Below are positions 48,657 to 60,749 of a stretch of DNA of 64,000 nt, piece after piece. The translations under genes and the position numbers were made by a program. The notes below the pieces were generated by a model. That model saw only the letters and a list, made by a program, of their open reading frames with translations. It had not been told where the DNA came from and ran no database searches. Source of the stretch: Nemertoderma westbladi (lineage: Eukaryota > Animalia > Xenacoelomorpha). The stretch is from NCBI GenBank assembly GCA_032718475.1, contig JAUCBJ010007186.1, forward strand, positions 1-64,000, in the 5' to 3' direction. The first letter of the stretch is position 1. The number at the start of each line of letters is the position of its first letter.

Positions 48657-51600
48657 GTGGTGCAAGTAAGGGTTCACGGACCTAAGAGGAGTTATGTAGT
48701 GAACGCCCTCCTTGACTCCGGTAGTACAGGAACATTCATCGACAAAGAGCTAGCCGAAGATATATTTGCTGAACAACCCAAGTTCCAAACTAAGCTCAAC
48801 ATGTCCGGCATTATGCAAGTTTGGAAATCTACAATAACAGCGGATTATTATGTAGGAGCGTTGTCCACCCCCCAGGACGAACTAGGAGAACATAGCATAA
48901 GGTCAGTGAAAATGGTGGCTATAAAGAACTTCGCTACTACTCAAGCAGACCTTTATAATTGGGACGAGGATGAGAGCATCCAACATCTTAACATACCTCG
49001 ATTCCAGACTGATTATCCTGGAGTGCAAATACTCATCGGCCAAAACGCGCATGAGGCGCTGGAGACATTAGAGAAACGGCCTGCTCAACCGCAGCCACTA
49101 CAGACCTATGCGGTAAGAACTAGAGTAGGTTGGTACTTTACTGGCCCTTCCCGTAGAACACTCAGAGAAAGACTACCGCCAGAGAGCGTCTACCAGGTGA
49201 GTGAATGGGAAGATGATACTAGTGAGGGAGACGATTTAACTGAGGGAACCCCATACTCCTCAGATAACGACGACGTGCACCAGCTTTTTGATGAGGAGAA
49301 TACCATCGACCTCCTTAAGGAAAACGAGGCTTGGCAAAACCAAGTGAACTTATGTCAACTTCTTTATCCAACAGAACGAGAAGCTTATAACGACGAGTTA
49401 AATGACGTCATTGAGCGTTGTAATGCCAAGACTCGAGATGAACATGCCGTACGATTCTTTACGCAAGAGGCGGTAGAGCCCAATTCCTACGATAAAGCCT
49501 TGTCGGTGGAAGAGGAAAGGGCCAAGCAGATCCAAGAGACAACTACACGTTTCCTCAAAGATCAAGGTAGGTATGAAGTCGGTCTACCTTTCCGCAAGAA
49601 AGAACCGAAGTTCATCAATAACAGACCCTTGGCGGAAAAAAGAATCGCGCAACTCCATCGACGCCTTACGGCTAATTCTTCAGCTAAAGCAATGTATCAA
49701 ACACAGCTGGAGAAATTTATTAGTAAGGGATACGCGGAGAGAGTACCGGAAGAAACACCTGTGACTGAAAGAACGTATTACTTAACTCACCATTACGTTC
49801 CTAAACCCGGTAAGCCACATGAAGTGAGAGTAGTGTTTGATGGCTCCGCTCTTTACATGGGTCAATCCCTTAACTCTGAATTGTTACCCGGACCCAACTT
49901 ACTTCAATCTTTGTTGGGAATTCTTTTAAGATTGAGACAATATTCGATTGCTTTCGCCTCCAATATAGAAGGCATGTTCTTACAAGTCAAGGTGTTAGAT
50001 AGGGATCGAGATAGTCTACGATTTCTGTGGTGGCCCGAAGGAGACCTCAACCAGAAACCGGTAGAGTACTGGATGACCATCCAGGCCTTTGGGATAATCT
50101 CAAGCCCTTCCAACGCCTGTTCGGTAGTGCGTACCACTGCAGAAGACAACCGAGAGGCCTTCTCTAAGGAAGTGATCGACAACATCAAGAGAGACATATA
50201 CATGGACGACAATCTGAAGTCCCTTCCATCAGTTGAGGAAGCCATTGAGGTCGCTAAAGGAACGGTAGAGTGCTTAAAAAGAGGTGGGTTTCGATTAACA
50301 AAATTCACCAGCAACTCCCGTGAGTTTCTGGAGTCGATCCCTGCGGAAGATCGAGGGGCGAAAGATCTAGATTTGATCAAAGACGATCTGCCAGAAACCA
50401 AGACACTCGGCTTGAAATGGGACACAGAGCGAGATATCCTGTTTTTCCAGCTAAAACAGCGAGATAATCCAGTTCGAACAAAACGGATTTGCTTAAGTAT
50501 ACTGAGCACTTATTTCGATCCATTGGGATTTATTAGCCCAGTTATATTGATTGCTCGTAGTTTGGTACAACAAATGTGGCTTGAAAACCACTCATGGGAC
50601 GATCCACTTAAGGGAGAATTATTGAAGAAGTGGATGAAATGGGAAGATTCTCTGCCAGCTATCGAGGATTTTATAATTTCCCGTTCATATTTTGGTCATG
50701 TTCTCCCTACGTATTCCTATCAACTCCATGTGTTTGGAGACGCCAGCGATATGGGAATAGGTATAGTAGCCTATCTAAGAGTGGAAACTCCGGATGGAAT
50801 CAAAGTCGCCCTGGTTACTTCTAAGGCATTAATCAACAACAAGTTGAAAGTTCCTCGAGCGGAGTTAAAAGCGGCTCTATACGCTACAGCCATCGGCCGG
50901 AATGTAACCGAACAGATTGACTATCCATTAGAGAAAACTGTCTATTGGACCGACGCTTTACTCGTGTTAGAGTATATAACCAATGAAGTCTGTCAGTTCA
51001 GCGTCTTCGTTACCAACAGGGTAGCCATCATACTTAGTCGCACGACGATGGACCAATGGAGACATTGCCCCGGAACGATTAATCCAGCAGACATCGCTTC
51101 CCGAGGAGCGACTCCAAAGGAATTGGTAAATACTCCCGAATGGTTAGGAGGACCCGACTTTCTCTACAGAGAAGAAGAAGAATGGCCTCCCCATCTCACA
51201 ACAGCAGAGATCAGACAGGCCAAGGGAGCGGAGAAAGTTAAACCCAAAACTCGAGCGAGTAAATCGAAGTTGTTTAAACCTGCGGTTGATCTATCTGTAT
51301 TATTTACTTCCGGAGAGGATGCTTTGGATCAGAAACCCACCGCCACGACTAAAGAAGTCTTGGAAATCTGTGACAAGGATTGGAAATCTGGAATACCAGA
51401 TGTCGCGCAAGGACTCTCACCTCTCTTGCAGAGAGCGATACGTCACTACAGTTCCTGGAATCGGCTCTGTAAAGCTGTCACCTATTTAAAACGATGTTTT
51501 CATCATCGTTACTCCGGGACAAAGACCAATAGTGATGATGCTCCATCAACATCTGCACGAGTCCATGTTGTTAAAGATCTCCCCAAATACAAGATATCCG

Positions 51601-53084
51601 ACAGGTTTCTAAAGGAGAAGATCAGTTACCAGGAGCATGATGAAACCAACAAACAGATGCTGAGACTCCTACAATGTTATGAGGATTCCGATAAGTATTT
51701 CCTGTTGTTAAGAAATCCACAGATGCGCTTAAGGGATCGCTTCTCTAGTACCATGATAGATGGGTTAATACGTGTTGGAGGCAGGCTGACCAACGCCCCA
51801 TTATCCTTTGACACTAAGTTTCCCATCCTCATTAGAAATCTTGACATACAAATCAAGATAATTGTAGATGTTCATAGCAAACTGTACCATGCTGGTAGAG
51901 AACGAGTTCTGAGCGAAATTCGAACTCGCTACTATTTTTATAAACCCCGTAGGGCTCTGAACCAAGTTCTTAGGAACTGCATACCCTGTAGGAAAGCATT
52001 CAGTAGGCCTTTAACACAGCGAGAGGCAGAATTACCTAGGGAAAGAGTAAGCTTCTATGAACCACCCTTTACTAATACCGGTGTGGATTTATTTGGCCCT
52101 ATTGAAGTATATCGTGCCCGGACTATAGTCAAGAGATGGTGTGTCATCTTCGTTTGTATGACTTGTAGAGCTATCCATCTCGATATGGTAAACGATCTAT
52201 CCACCAACAGCTTCGTGTTGAGTTTACGACGACAGATCGCTCGCTTCGGAACCAGTAACACGATGAGATCGGATAAGGGAACGAACTTCATTGGCGCCAA
52301 CAACGAAATTCAAGCTTACGTAAAGGACTGGAACAAAAGACAGGTGGACGATCAGCTAAGGATAACAGCGTCTAGCTGGACCTTCAACGCCGCCGACGCC
52401 CCTTGGTGGGGAGGAAGTTGGGAGAGATTGATTAGGAGCGTGAAGACTGCGTTCCACTTTATTGTACCTTGTCGCGCTTATCTCACCGACGAACTATTGC
52501 GGACGTTAATGGAGGAAATCGCCGCCTATCTCAACGAAAGACCGCTTATGCCAGTCTCTTCAAATCCTGATTCCCTGGAAGCGCTAACACCCGCGCACTT
52601 TCTACTGAAGAAGCCCGTAGCCATGCTCCCACGATCGGAGATCACAGACGGAGACGAGTACTGCCGTCGAACCTGGCAACTTATGCAGTTGCTATCCCGT
52701 CGTTTCGCTGACCATTTCGAGAAACATTACCTGCCCACTCTACAACTTCGAACTAAGTGGTTTGCGCAGCAAGAAAACGTCAGCGCTGGAGACATGGTGC
52801 TTATTGTGGACCCCGATCTCCCACGTAAGCGATGGCAAACAGGACGTATCATCGAGACTCATATCTCGAGCGATGGTTTGGTGCGATCAGTAGAGCTCGT
52901 CGTCATGCGACGTAACTTTAAGAAACCAGGGATAGTCTTTGAGACTCAACAGCTCAATCGCCCAGTGGGTCGTTTATGTTTACTGGAAAGAGACAGAGAG
53001 CTCTCCGGAAACTATGGAAGGCAAGAAACTCTTCCCACGACCACTTCCCTAATCCAACCGACATCTAGGGACTCCCCAACTTAA
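48657..53084 (+). CDS. pol: BEL pol: aspartic protease, RT, RNase H, integrase
   Basis: LLDSGS; RVVFDGS, LLPGPNL and YMDD; FDPLG, FGDAS and PRAEL..WTD; HHCC zinc finger, GVDLFGP, SDKGTNF and WERLIRSVK. Confidence 0.95.
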   Translation: MVQVRVHGPKRSYVVNALLDSGSTGTFIDKELAEDIFAEQPKFQTKLNMSGIMQVWKSTITADYYVGALSTPQDELGEHSIRSVKMVAIKNFATTQADLYNWDEDESIQHLNIPRFQTDYPGVQILIGQNAHEALETLEKRPAQPQPLQTYAVRTRVGWYFTGPSRRTLRERLPPESVYQVSEWEDDTSEGDDLTEGTPYSSDNDDVHQLFDEENTIDLLKENEAWQNQVNLCQLLYPTEREAYNDELNDVIERCNAKTRDEHAVRFFTQEAVEPNSYDKALSVEEERAKQIQETTTRFLKDQGRYEVGLPFRKKEPKFINNRPLAEKRIAQLHRRLTANSSAKAMYQTQLEKFISKGYAERVPEETPVTERTYYLTHHYVPKPGKPHEVRVVFDGSALYMGQSLNSELLPGPNLLQSLLGILLRLRQYSIAFASNIEGMFLQVKVLDRDRDSLRFLWWPEGDLNQKPVEYWMTIQAFGIISSPSNACSVVRTTAEDNREAFSKEVIDNIKRDIYMDDNLKSLPSVEEAIEVAKGTVECLKRGGFRLTKFTSNSREFLESIPAEDRGAKDLDLIKDDLPETKTLGLKWDTERDILFFQLKQRDNPVRTKRICLSILSTYFDPLGFISPVILIARSLVQQMWLENHSWDDPLKGELLKKWMKWEDSLPAIEDFIISRSYFGHVLPTYSYQLHVFGDASDMGIGIVAYLRVETPDGIKVALVTSKALINNKLKVPRAELKAALYATAIGRNVTEQIDYPLEKTVYWTDALLVLEYITNEVCQFSVFVTNRVAIILSRTTMDQWRHCPGTINPADIASRGATPKELVNTPEWLGGPDFLYREEEEWPPHLTTAEIRQAKGAEKVKPKTRASKSKLFKPAVDLSVLFTSGEDALDQKPTATTKEVLEICDKDWKSGIPDVAQGLSPLLQRAIRHYSSWNRLCKAVTYLKRCFHHRYSGTKTNSDDAPSTSARVHVVKDLPKYKISDRFLKEKISYQEHDETNKQMLRLLQCYEDSDKYFLLLRNPQMRLRDRFSSTMIDGLIRVGGRLTNAPLSFDTKFPILIRNLDIQIKIIVDVHSKLYHAGRERVLSEIRTRYYFYKPRRALNQVLRNCIPCRKAFSRPLTQREAELPRERVSFYEPPFTNTGVDLFGPIEVYRARTIVKRWCVIFVCMTCRAIHLDMVNDLSTNSFVLSLRRQIARFGTSNTMRSDKGTNFIGANNEIQAYVKDWNKRQVDDQLRITASSWTFNAADAPWWGGSWERLIRSVKTAFHFIVPCRAYLTDELLRTLMEEIAAYLNERPLMPVSSNPDSLEALTPAHFLLKKPVAMLPRSEITDGDEYCRRTWQLMQLLSRRFADHFEKHYLPTLQLRTKWFAQQENVSAGDMVLIVDPDLPRKRWQTGRIIETHISSDGLVRSVELVVMRRNFKKPGIVFETQQLNRPVGRLCLLERDRELSGNYGRQETLPTTTSLIQPTSRDSPT

Positions 53085-56000
53085 TATCGTTCGGAGTGGG
53101 CGTGTGACTCTATTATTTTATATTATTTTATTATTTTTATATTTATGTATGTATTACTATGTAATTTTATTATAATCGTTTTATTTAATTTAGTAGAATA
53201 TTATTTAGTGATTATTTAGTAGAATAGTGCAATATATTCGTGTTTATTACGTACGTAATTACTTATATTATATTTAGTGCGACGGCGAGAAATAATTCTT
53301 TTTCTCTTTCCTTACTGTCCGTATTATATTATAAATACGTAACTACAGTAAGATGAAATGTCCGTACTTATTAAAGTACAATAAAGCCACTACTATATTT
53401 AAGTATTATTGGTAGGCAGAGTATTAGGAATGCAAAGTTCAGATCCTCGTGTCTCGGCTAAACCAAGCTCTGGGTAGACCTTGGAAACGACTTGCCTCTT
53501 CACACTGACATTGCTTCGTGCGATATTGCTCTCATACCGTATATTAAATAATACATATAGTAGCGTGATGTCCCTTTAACAGTAGCGTATAACGCAAAAT
53601 AAATCTGTTAAACCCTTTGACCATCTGTAATTCTAGTCGATTAAGATATCGCGGCACCCACCGATATACTTGAAAGACAAATTCTAGAATCAGTGGTTAA
53701 CGTCCCCAGACAAGTTCTGGAATAAATCGGTGCCCATCTCAAATATTAATTATTTAATATTTGCAAATCTAATAAATCAAAATCTGTAAAATTCAGATCC
53801 TTCAACAATTCTAGTCAATTAAGATATCGTAGCATTTACCGATATTCTTAAAAAGACAATTGTCATAGAATTAAGGATCTTGTGTCCCCAGACATGTTCT
53901 AGAATCAAAATATGTCCATTTAATTATCAAATAATAAAATTTCAGGGAATAAATTTAAATTCATGCCTTTTAATGAATTTAATAAATTGCCATTTTTTCG
54001 CAATTTATGACATTCCCAAAATTCCATTAATTAATAGATCAAGGGAGCGGAGATTTATCTTATTATGCATATGAGTGTGCGAAAGTCTCCCAAACATAGT
54101 CAATAGCCGATAAAATTCATAAAGTCATGTATAAAACAGAACATTGACTATTAAAGAATACTATTAAATAACATCCCAGATCTGTATGCATTGGAATTAC
54201 CCTAATTCTACCGCTAGCTTTGCATAATGTCACCATAGCAACAACCACGCTAGAATTGGAATTGAGTTAAAAGAACAATAGAAAGCTTGTCCCATTGAAT
54301 AGCATAGGGAATAAATAGCGCACTGCTAGTATCCAAGGATACATAATAATACAGTGACATTCTGGAAGGCATTGACTAACGGACAAATGGCCCGAATGTG
54401 CGTAGTTGTGACCAGTTGTGTGGTATTTGTGAGTTTATAGGTGAATGTTACTGCTAAAGTGTGTTTACAGTAGCTAGTCGCAATCGTGAAAGTAACCTGA
54501 CTCTCCAAGGAAAACCTGAAGTATATCTAAGCCTTTGGGACGGACAGTCGAGTGACTTGTGCCGGTTGTCGTTGTCGTTGTGCGGCTACGTCGTTGGCGA
54601 AAGTACAGCGGCGACGACACATCGGCGCTGAGGATCTCGCACTGTCCGGGGGCTAATTGGGGTAGGCAGCGACGCTCGCTAGCCTAAATATAAACTCCTT
54701 ATAATATGGATAAACTCATATATAGCAGATATGACGGAGTTGATAGAAGATGGTCTTGGTATCGGGGAGCGATATACTCTACTTTTACAAGCGTTTGTTG
54801 ATAGCTTAATACGCGGCGACGTTAGTCCAACTGCTGCAGAGGACGATGGTCGTTATATCGAACCGACAATGTCCCAAGTGCAGCTCTCGCGAGAGTTGGA
54901 CTATAGAAAATTCGCTGCTCGATATACGCAGCGTAATGGTACGTATATGGGCTTCTTAACTACTGGTCATTCTATCGATTTACACGATACGGACTATGTC
55001 GAACATATCCTACCCAGAGGAGTCTAAACGATAAACCAAAATTCTAATGCGAAAATCCTATTAGAAATCGACTCGAAAGAAAAGACATTAAAGAAACAAA
55101 TAAACGCGGTAACTCCAACATATATTTGGAATTTTTGATAGAAGCATTGTAACAACAAATAAATATCACCCGCGTTTCTCCTTCAAGACTTGCGTCTTTG
55201 GTATTATTACGATAAATGCCCTAGACCCAGCCAAAAAACGGAAAGACATAAACATCCACGGAAACGTTGTGTTAAACACAGTTGTGCTCGTTATATTTAC
55301 TGGAGTTTCGAGCGAAACTTGTTTGACGTATCACCTATGCTCACTCGGCTCGAACGATCCTGGAGTAAACCTACGATCAGAGTCCCGGAATACTCGGTCA
55401 AACCTCCTCATTCCTTAGTTGGACCTCAGACCTGCGATCCTGGTGGTGTCGCGGATCCTCGCGGACTGTATTCACTGTTCAAAGATCTAGTGCTACCCTA
55501 ACAATTAATCGGTAACACTCCGACAGTGATTTCTAGCTAGCCGCCCATCTTACCTAGCCGGATTGTGACGCGGACACCTAATATCACTATCCCACCGTAT
55601 GGTCGTCCCCGTTTAACGCGATACAACCCTTCATCAAGGTGAAGGAGAGCGTTGTACGAAACGAGTTAAACGTTATTCTATAAAGATCAAAAAAGAAACC
55701 TGCGTTTGTTCAGATAAACGTAAGTTATAACAGTAAGTCCAATCGATAAACGAATTGGCCTTATCTCAGTTCGATTGGGAAATCTCGAATCTCTAAGAAG
55801 ATATCAAGCTTAGAAAACCCTATTCTCTGCGAGAGTTTTGGACGAACGTATCCCATGACAAGCGGAGGAAAATCAGCTCGAGGAGAAGCATATCGAAATG
55901 GACGAGACACCGATCGTAACCCTGCACCTTCTGATGCAATTATATTGCACCCTTCGCCTAGGAGCTACAGCCCTCCTCGTAAAGTGGCTCGCCCCAAAGA

Positions 56001-56139
56001 GAAAAGGACTCTTGCTAGCTTTAAAAAACTGCGTAAACGCCGTCCGCGCAAGAAAGACTAACTGTTTAAAGTATTTATGTATATTAGAAATTGTGATTTT
56101 GTATATTTTATAGACTTAAATCCCATTTTCTGGGAGCGG

Positions 56140-57297
56140 TGTAAAAGCTTTTGTGGGATAACTGATTCGTTTGCCTTGCTAACCAGTTCCCCCCAGGCGC
56201 TAGAATACTTTAAAAAGGGATCTATAACTCGAATAGCGCAAGCTACCGGCTGATTGGCTGATTCGCTGTGCGAAGGGATCTGGGCTACGTTTGATTGTCC
56301 AACCAGCTTGGGAGAGTATCTGCCAATAGGATTTGAGTTGATTTTGATTTCGACCTATCACAGATCTACTGAACTGAATTTTCCTATCTGTATGCTCTTT
56401 CTCTGTGTTGGGTGGAAGCCTTTGTAAATAAGGTTATTCTTATCAGTTTTCAGTGTTGTTGGTCTTTCTGTCCTGAGCCAGGAGAGAAGGGCTTGTAAAT
56501 ATTTTGTGCTTTTCTGTTTTAGTCGAACACTAGTAGGCTTAATTATAAGGACATATATCCGTTATCATAACAAACTGATGACAATTCAAAACTTAACACA
56601 CACTGAATCACTGTGCATACTTTTATATTGTTATACTGCTATTTACTGTCAGTTCTTCATAATATGGTTGATGAATTATTATATTTGGAATAACGATAAA
56701 TAACCCCGAAACCCAATATTCTTGATATACCTAAGGTAAGAGAGAAAGGTTACATATAACGATTGTGACTTATGTTAAAGTGGTTTGAAGTGAATCTAAT
56801 GTTATTTGATAGACCCTACATGAGTCAGTCCGTGTTCCTTTTATATATAACTAAAATCAGTGAAGATCGGCAGATCAGTGTGCAGTATTGTGCAGCATTG
56901 TGTATGAGTGAGTCTGATAACGAAGCATTTCCTAAAGAATGCGCCATATATGTGAATTATAACTAAGCCATATCGTTGTGAGTAGTTTAAGTCATAACTC
57001 TGTTTATATAGGTAAAGCGCCACGTCCTAAAGGAACTGTTAATATTCCCCGAAGGTGAATAATATTGTCAGAGATTATATAATACTGTCAGTCGAATAAT
57101 ACATTAGGCTTACATAGCAATAAAATTAAGCCGTCGAACCCAATCTCCCGGGTATATCCAGCGGGTGAATGATCGCGCACAGATTGGTTTCGACTAGTGT
57201 AGTGAATAAATACTTGTCATAGGCTAAAGGTGATTTATTATCTAGAAGACATCCTAATTTGGCGGGTTAAACTGCCAAAGGTCTGAAAGCGCGAACA
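56140..57297 (+). repeat. 3' LTR of BEL copy 2 (1158 bp)
   Basis: Direct repeat of 41618-42776, preceded by GGGAGCGG. Confidence 0.96.
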
Positions 57298-57867
57298 ACC
57301 ATCCAGACACATTTTGGCAAACCTACAAACATATACACAGCACTCATAGCTTTTAAATTGTAACTTCTTTGGGAGCTGGTGAACTAGTAGTTGTGGAGAC
57401 TAAACATTCCATCTAGATGCCTCAAAGGATGTCCATTGTTGTAGAGCATCTATTACACCTGGGCTAGGCCAACATAGAGAGTCGAAGTAATGTATTGCCC
57501 CGGCTTTGGGACGCACTACTGCTAGAGCCCAGTGAAAACCTCTGACATTGACAGGGAAAAACAAAAAATCATACTGGAGTATGCTGGTGTCAGTATGCCG
57601 TTGTGTGACATGGGAGCCACGGTTTACAAAAATGTTCAGAAAGTGAGGACTGAAAACTTTTGCACGACCAGGGTACTGGACACACATATGGTTAATAATG
57701 GCATCAATCAAGTTGTCAGTAAGCCAACCTTTAGGGTTACTAAGCAAGTCTATGTGGCGTTCGGAGAGAGGAATACCAGCCAACAAGTAGGTTCGCTCAG
57801 AGACAGGGGGTGGGTCATGCCGCAGTACGCTGTCTGATAGGGATACACTGACACTGCTTGTATTCAT
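57298..57867 (-). pseudogene. Ulp1/SENP-type (C48) cysteine protease domain, probably the N-terminal part of the CRE-like element
   Basis: WLTDNLID, FPVNVRGFHWALAVV and YFDSL. Past an in-frame stop it reads QFKSYECCVYVC (catalytic Cys motif), cut by the BEL LTR. Confidence 0.8.
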
Positions 57868-59734
57868 AGCAAAGGCTGAAAGGATAGTACAACAAAAGAG
57901 TTGGGTTAATTGAAGCAGATGACAAACTCAATACTGTACATCTATAAACATACAGTTCATTGATGATCTTTGACTTTCAGTTATTTTTTTATCGCTGTGT
58001 TGTTTGTGTTTGATGTTTGTTGTTTTATTATTTACAATCCTTTTATGGTGCGTCAAATTCATTCACGTCATTTATAAACCTGTTTTAGTTTCTTGATATT
58101 ATTCTGGATGCAAAATAAAATCATGCGAATCTTTGAATCTAGATAAATTATTTTTCTTCCAATGTCTCTCCCTCCGTGGATAAAAGACCGTGATATTGGC
58201 TTTTCTGATTAAGCCTGGTTGCCAAGGTAACTGAATTTTATATTTACCCTCAAACGGCTCGGCTATGGCCCTTAATGTTGAGTTGAGAAACCCCAAGTTT
58301 ATATCTATTGCGGTTTTGCTACAAATAGAGTTATAATTGATTTGAATTATATAGACTTTTATCTAAGTCCGTTGCCATGGAAACCAGATTTTCCCAGATA
58401 TGTGACCTATCCCACATGACTCGCCTTGATGAGTAGTATATACATCCAAAATTTCAGGGAACTTTTAAATGCTAGTTTTTTTATCACTAGTTTAAAGGCT
58501 GGCCTAAAAAAGGATCATATCTGCCTCACATTAGGAAAATGGCCCACTATGAAGAGACCATCTCAAAAAGAAAGGAAATTTTGCAAATTTTAGAAATTTT
58601 TCATATTTTGTTAAGTTTACGGTTTCCTAGAGAAATAAATAGCTCACATTGTATCGTCACCTTCAAGGCAGAACCCCCTAAGTCATTTTTTGTAGTTCTG
58701 AGATAATCGATAAAAACTGTTTATTTTTAAGAGAGATGCCTCAGTTTACTTGTTATTGTGTTTTTTGACAAATAAATATATATAGAATTCATATAACTAA
58801 ACTTTTTATTTAATTTAGAATCACCTTTGAAATATATTGCGGTTTTTTTGTAAAAATTTGGACTTATGGTGTTTTGCCAAAACAAGGGGGAACACCATTT
58901 TCTGGTATTATCCCGTAACTATACGATAGTTGCGGGGTATTGCCTAGAAAACAAGGTATCCTCAATTAGGCAAAACACCATAAGTCCGACTTTTTACAAA
59001 AAACACGCAAAATATATCAAATTATAGCCAAGGCGTATCGTGCGTCCTTAATTATTTAATGCGTAGTGCGCACGTAATACATGTGCGCATTTGTTATTAG
59101 CTAATACGTGCTATCTAACAGTTAACTAGCACATGAGCATGTGTTAGTATTACCTGTGAACGCAATAATAACAAATAAACACAAACAATACAGCTAACAC
59201 ACTTGCGCACATGTTGGAAATTTTTGAATTCAAAATTCTAAAGTGCTCCATAAGTTTTTGATATTTTGGTATTAATTGCTTCTAAAATAAGTACGGGACT
59301 GTAGTTAGAATCATGTATCAATACAAATTGAACAAAATGTAGCCAAATGCAGAACTATAAGAACAAAATTTAGAATCAAGCAAACGGAACTCAAAGTACA
59401 AAATATAGCCATGGGTGGTACTCTACAGTAAGAACAAAGTCTAGCTACAGGGTTACAGCTACGTTAATGTTAAAGTAAAGTTCACTTACAGTACGTCATG
59501 ACGAATAATTAAAGACTGTTTTTTCTACAGTACGTGGCAACATTTTGAGCAACTCTATCAGCAACTTGGTGAGCATGTCAGGTTGCCGATCAAGTTGCTC
59601 TATGTAAACGCGAAGTTTGTTGCTGTAAAAGATGCCTCATATAACGGAGACTAATAGTTAATGTTACTCAAATTAAGTTGCTTGTTGCTGACCAAGTTAT
59701 CCTAAACGTCCGGAACCCCATAGCAACTTGGACA

Positions 59735-60150
59735 CAAACATTAAATGATGGACAGATATTTATCAGCGCCACAAACATTAATGTGGGACAAACATCAATC
59801 AGGGGGACAAACATTAATCAGGGGGACAAACATTAATGAGGTACACAAACATTAATGAGGGACACAAACATTAATGAGGGACACAAACATTAATGAGGGA
59901 CACAAACATTAATGAGGGACACAAACATTAATGAGGGACACAAACATTAATGAGGGACACAAACATTAATGAGGGACACAAACATTAAACGAGGGACACA
60001 AACATTAATGAGGGACACAAACATTAATGAGATAGACAAACATTAATGAGGGACACAAACATTAAGGAGGAACACAAACATTAATGAGGGACACAAACAT
60101 TAAACGAGGGACATATATCAATCAAGGGCACAAACATTAATCAAGGGCAC
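59735..60150 (-). repeat. 19-bp minisatellite array, ~20 units
   Basis: (ACACAAACATTAATGAGGG)n on the plus strand. Confidence 0.95.
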
Positions 60151-60749
60151 CATCATTCCATTCCATTCCATTCATGTTATCCCCCATGGCACTTAGTATG
60201 ATTCCTGTTACCACCCATACACAAAAAATATATTACAGTATTACAATTCTCATTACTGTCACGCAATACAATAACAACAATAAATAATAACATATTAATC
60301 TGACCAAACCAATAATCTATGTTATTACCAATTGAGGGAAAGGAACAGGTTACAGAGATGGTTTTTCAAACCAAAACAATAAACGATGTTGTTACTAATA
60401 AGGGAAGGAGTAAAAAAATGATGAACATGAAGGGGAGACAGGAAGGGGGGGGGGGGTAACATGAATGGTGGGGGTAGGAGGTAAATTGAAAATATGGGGG
60501 TATAACAGCCGGGGGGGGGGGTGGGGGCGTAGCAGCAAAACAGGCAGCTGAACAACGTAACCAAACGTCGCTTTCAATTAATTTCCATCTAATTAGGTAG
60601 ATAGAATGTATACAAAGCGGCGGTACTTTGATCGAAGCTCACGTTCCCATGGTAGTATTTTTTCAGTATATCAGTTTATCACTTATTATCTGATCGTCTG
60701 ATGGCAAGCATCACCATCGCTCATATTAATATCCATTGGCAAGCATTCA

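Larger units (their letters stand above)
41618..57297 (+). mobile_element. BEL/Pao LTR retrotransposon, copy 2, near full length (15.7 kb)
   Basis: LTRs 41618-42776 and 56140-57297 differ at about 2 positions. Domain order is gag-PR-RT-RH-IN, with BEL-type motifs. Confidence 0.97.

Noticed and set aside
54595-54640. Hammerhead ribozyme (CGAAA ... CTGAGGA)
   Set aside because: Core-like words are present, but stems II and III cannot be formed around them, and the bases are used in the long hairpin.
55850-56130. Antisense gene explaining the codon-like divergence near the PPT
   Set aside because: All three minus-strand frames hit stops within this stretch.
58099-58318. Terminal exon of the RGS22-like gene
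   Set aside because: A plausible acceptor exists, but the long frame is out of phase with the donor at 61913 and I recognise no homology. Left uncalled.
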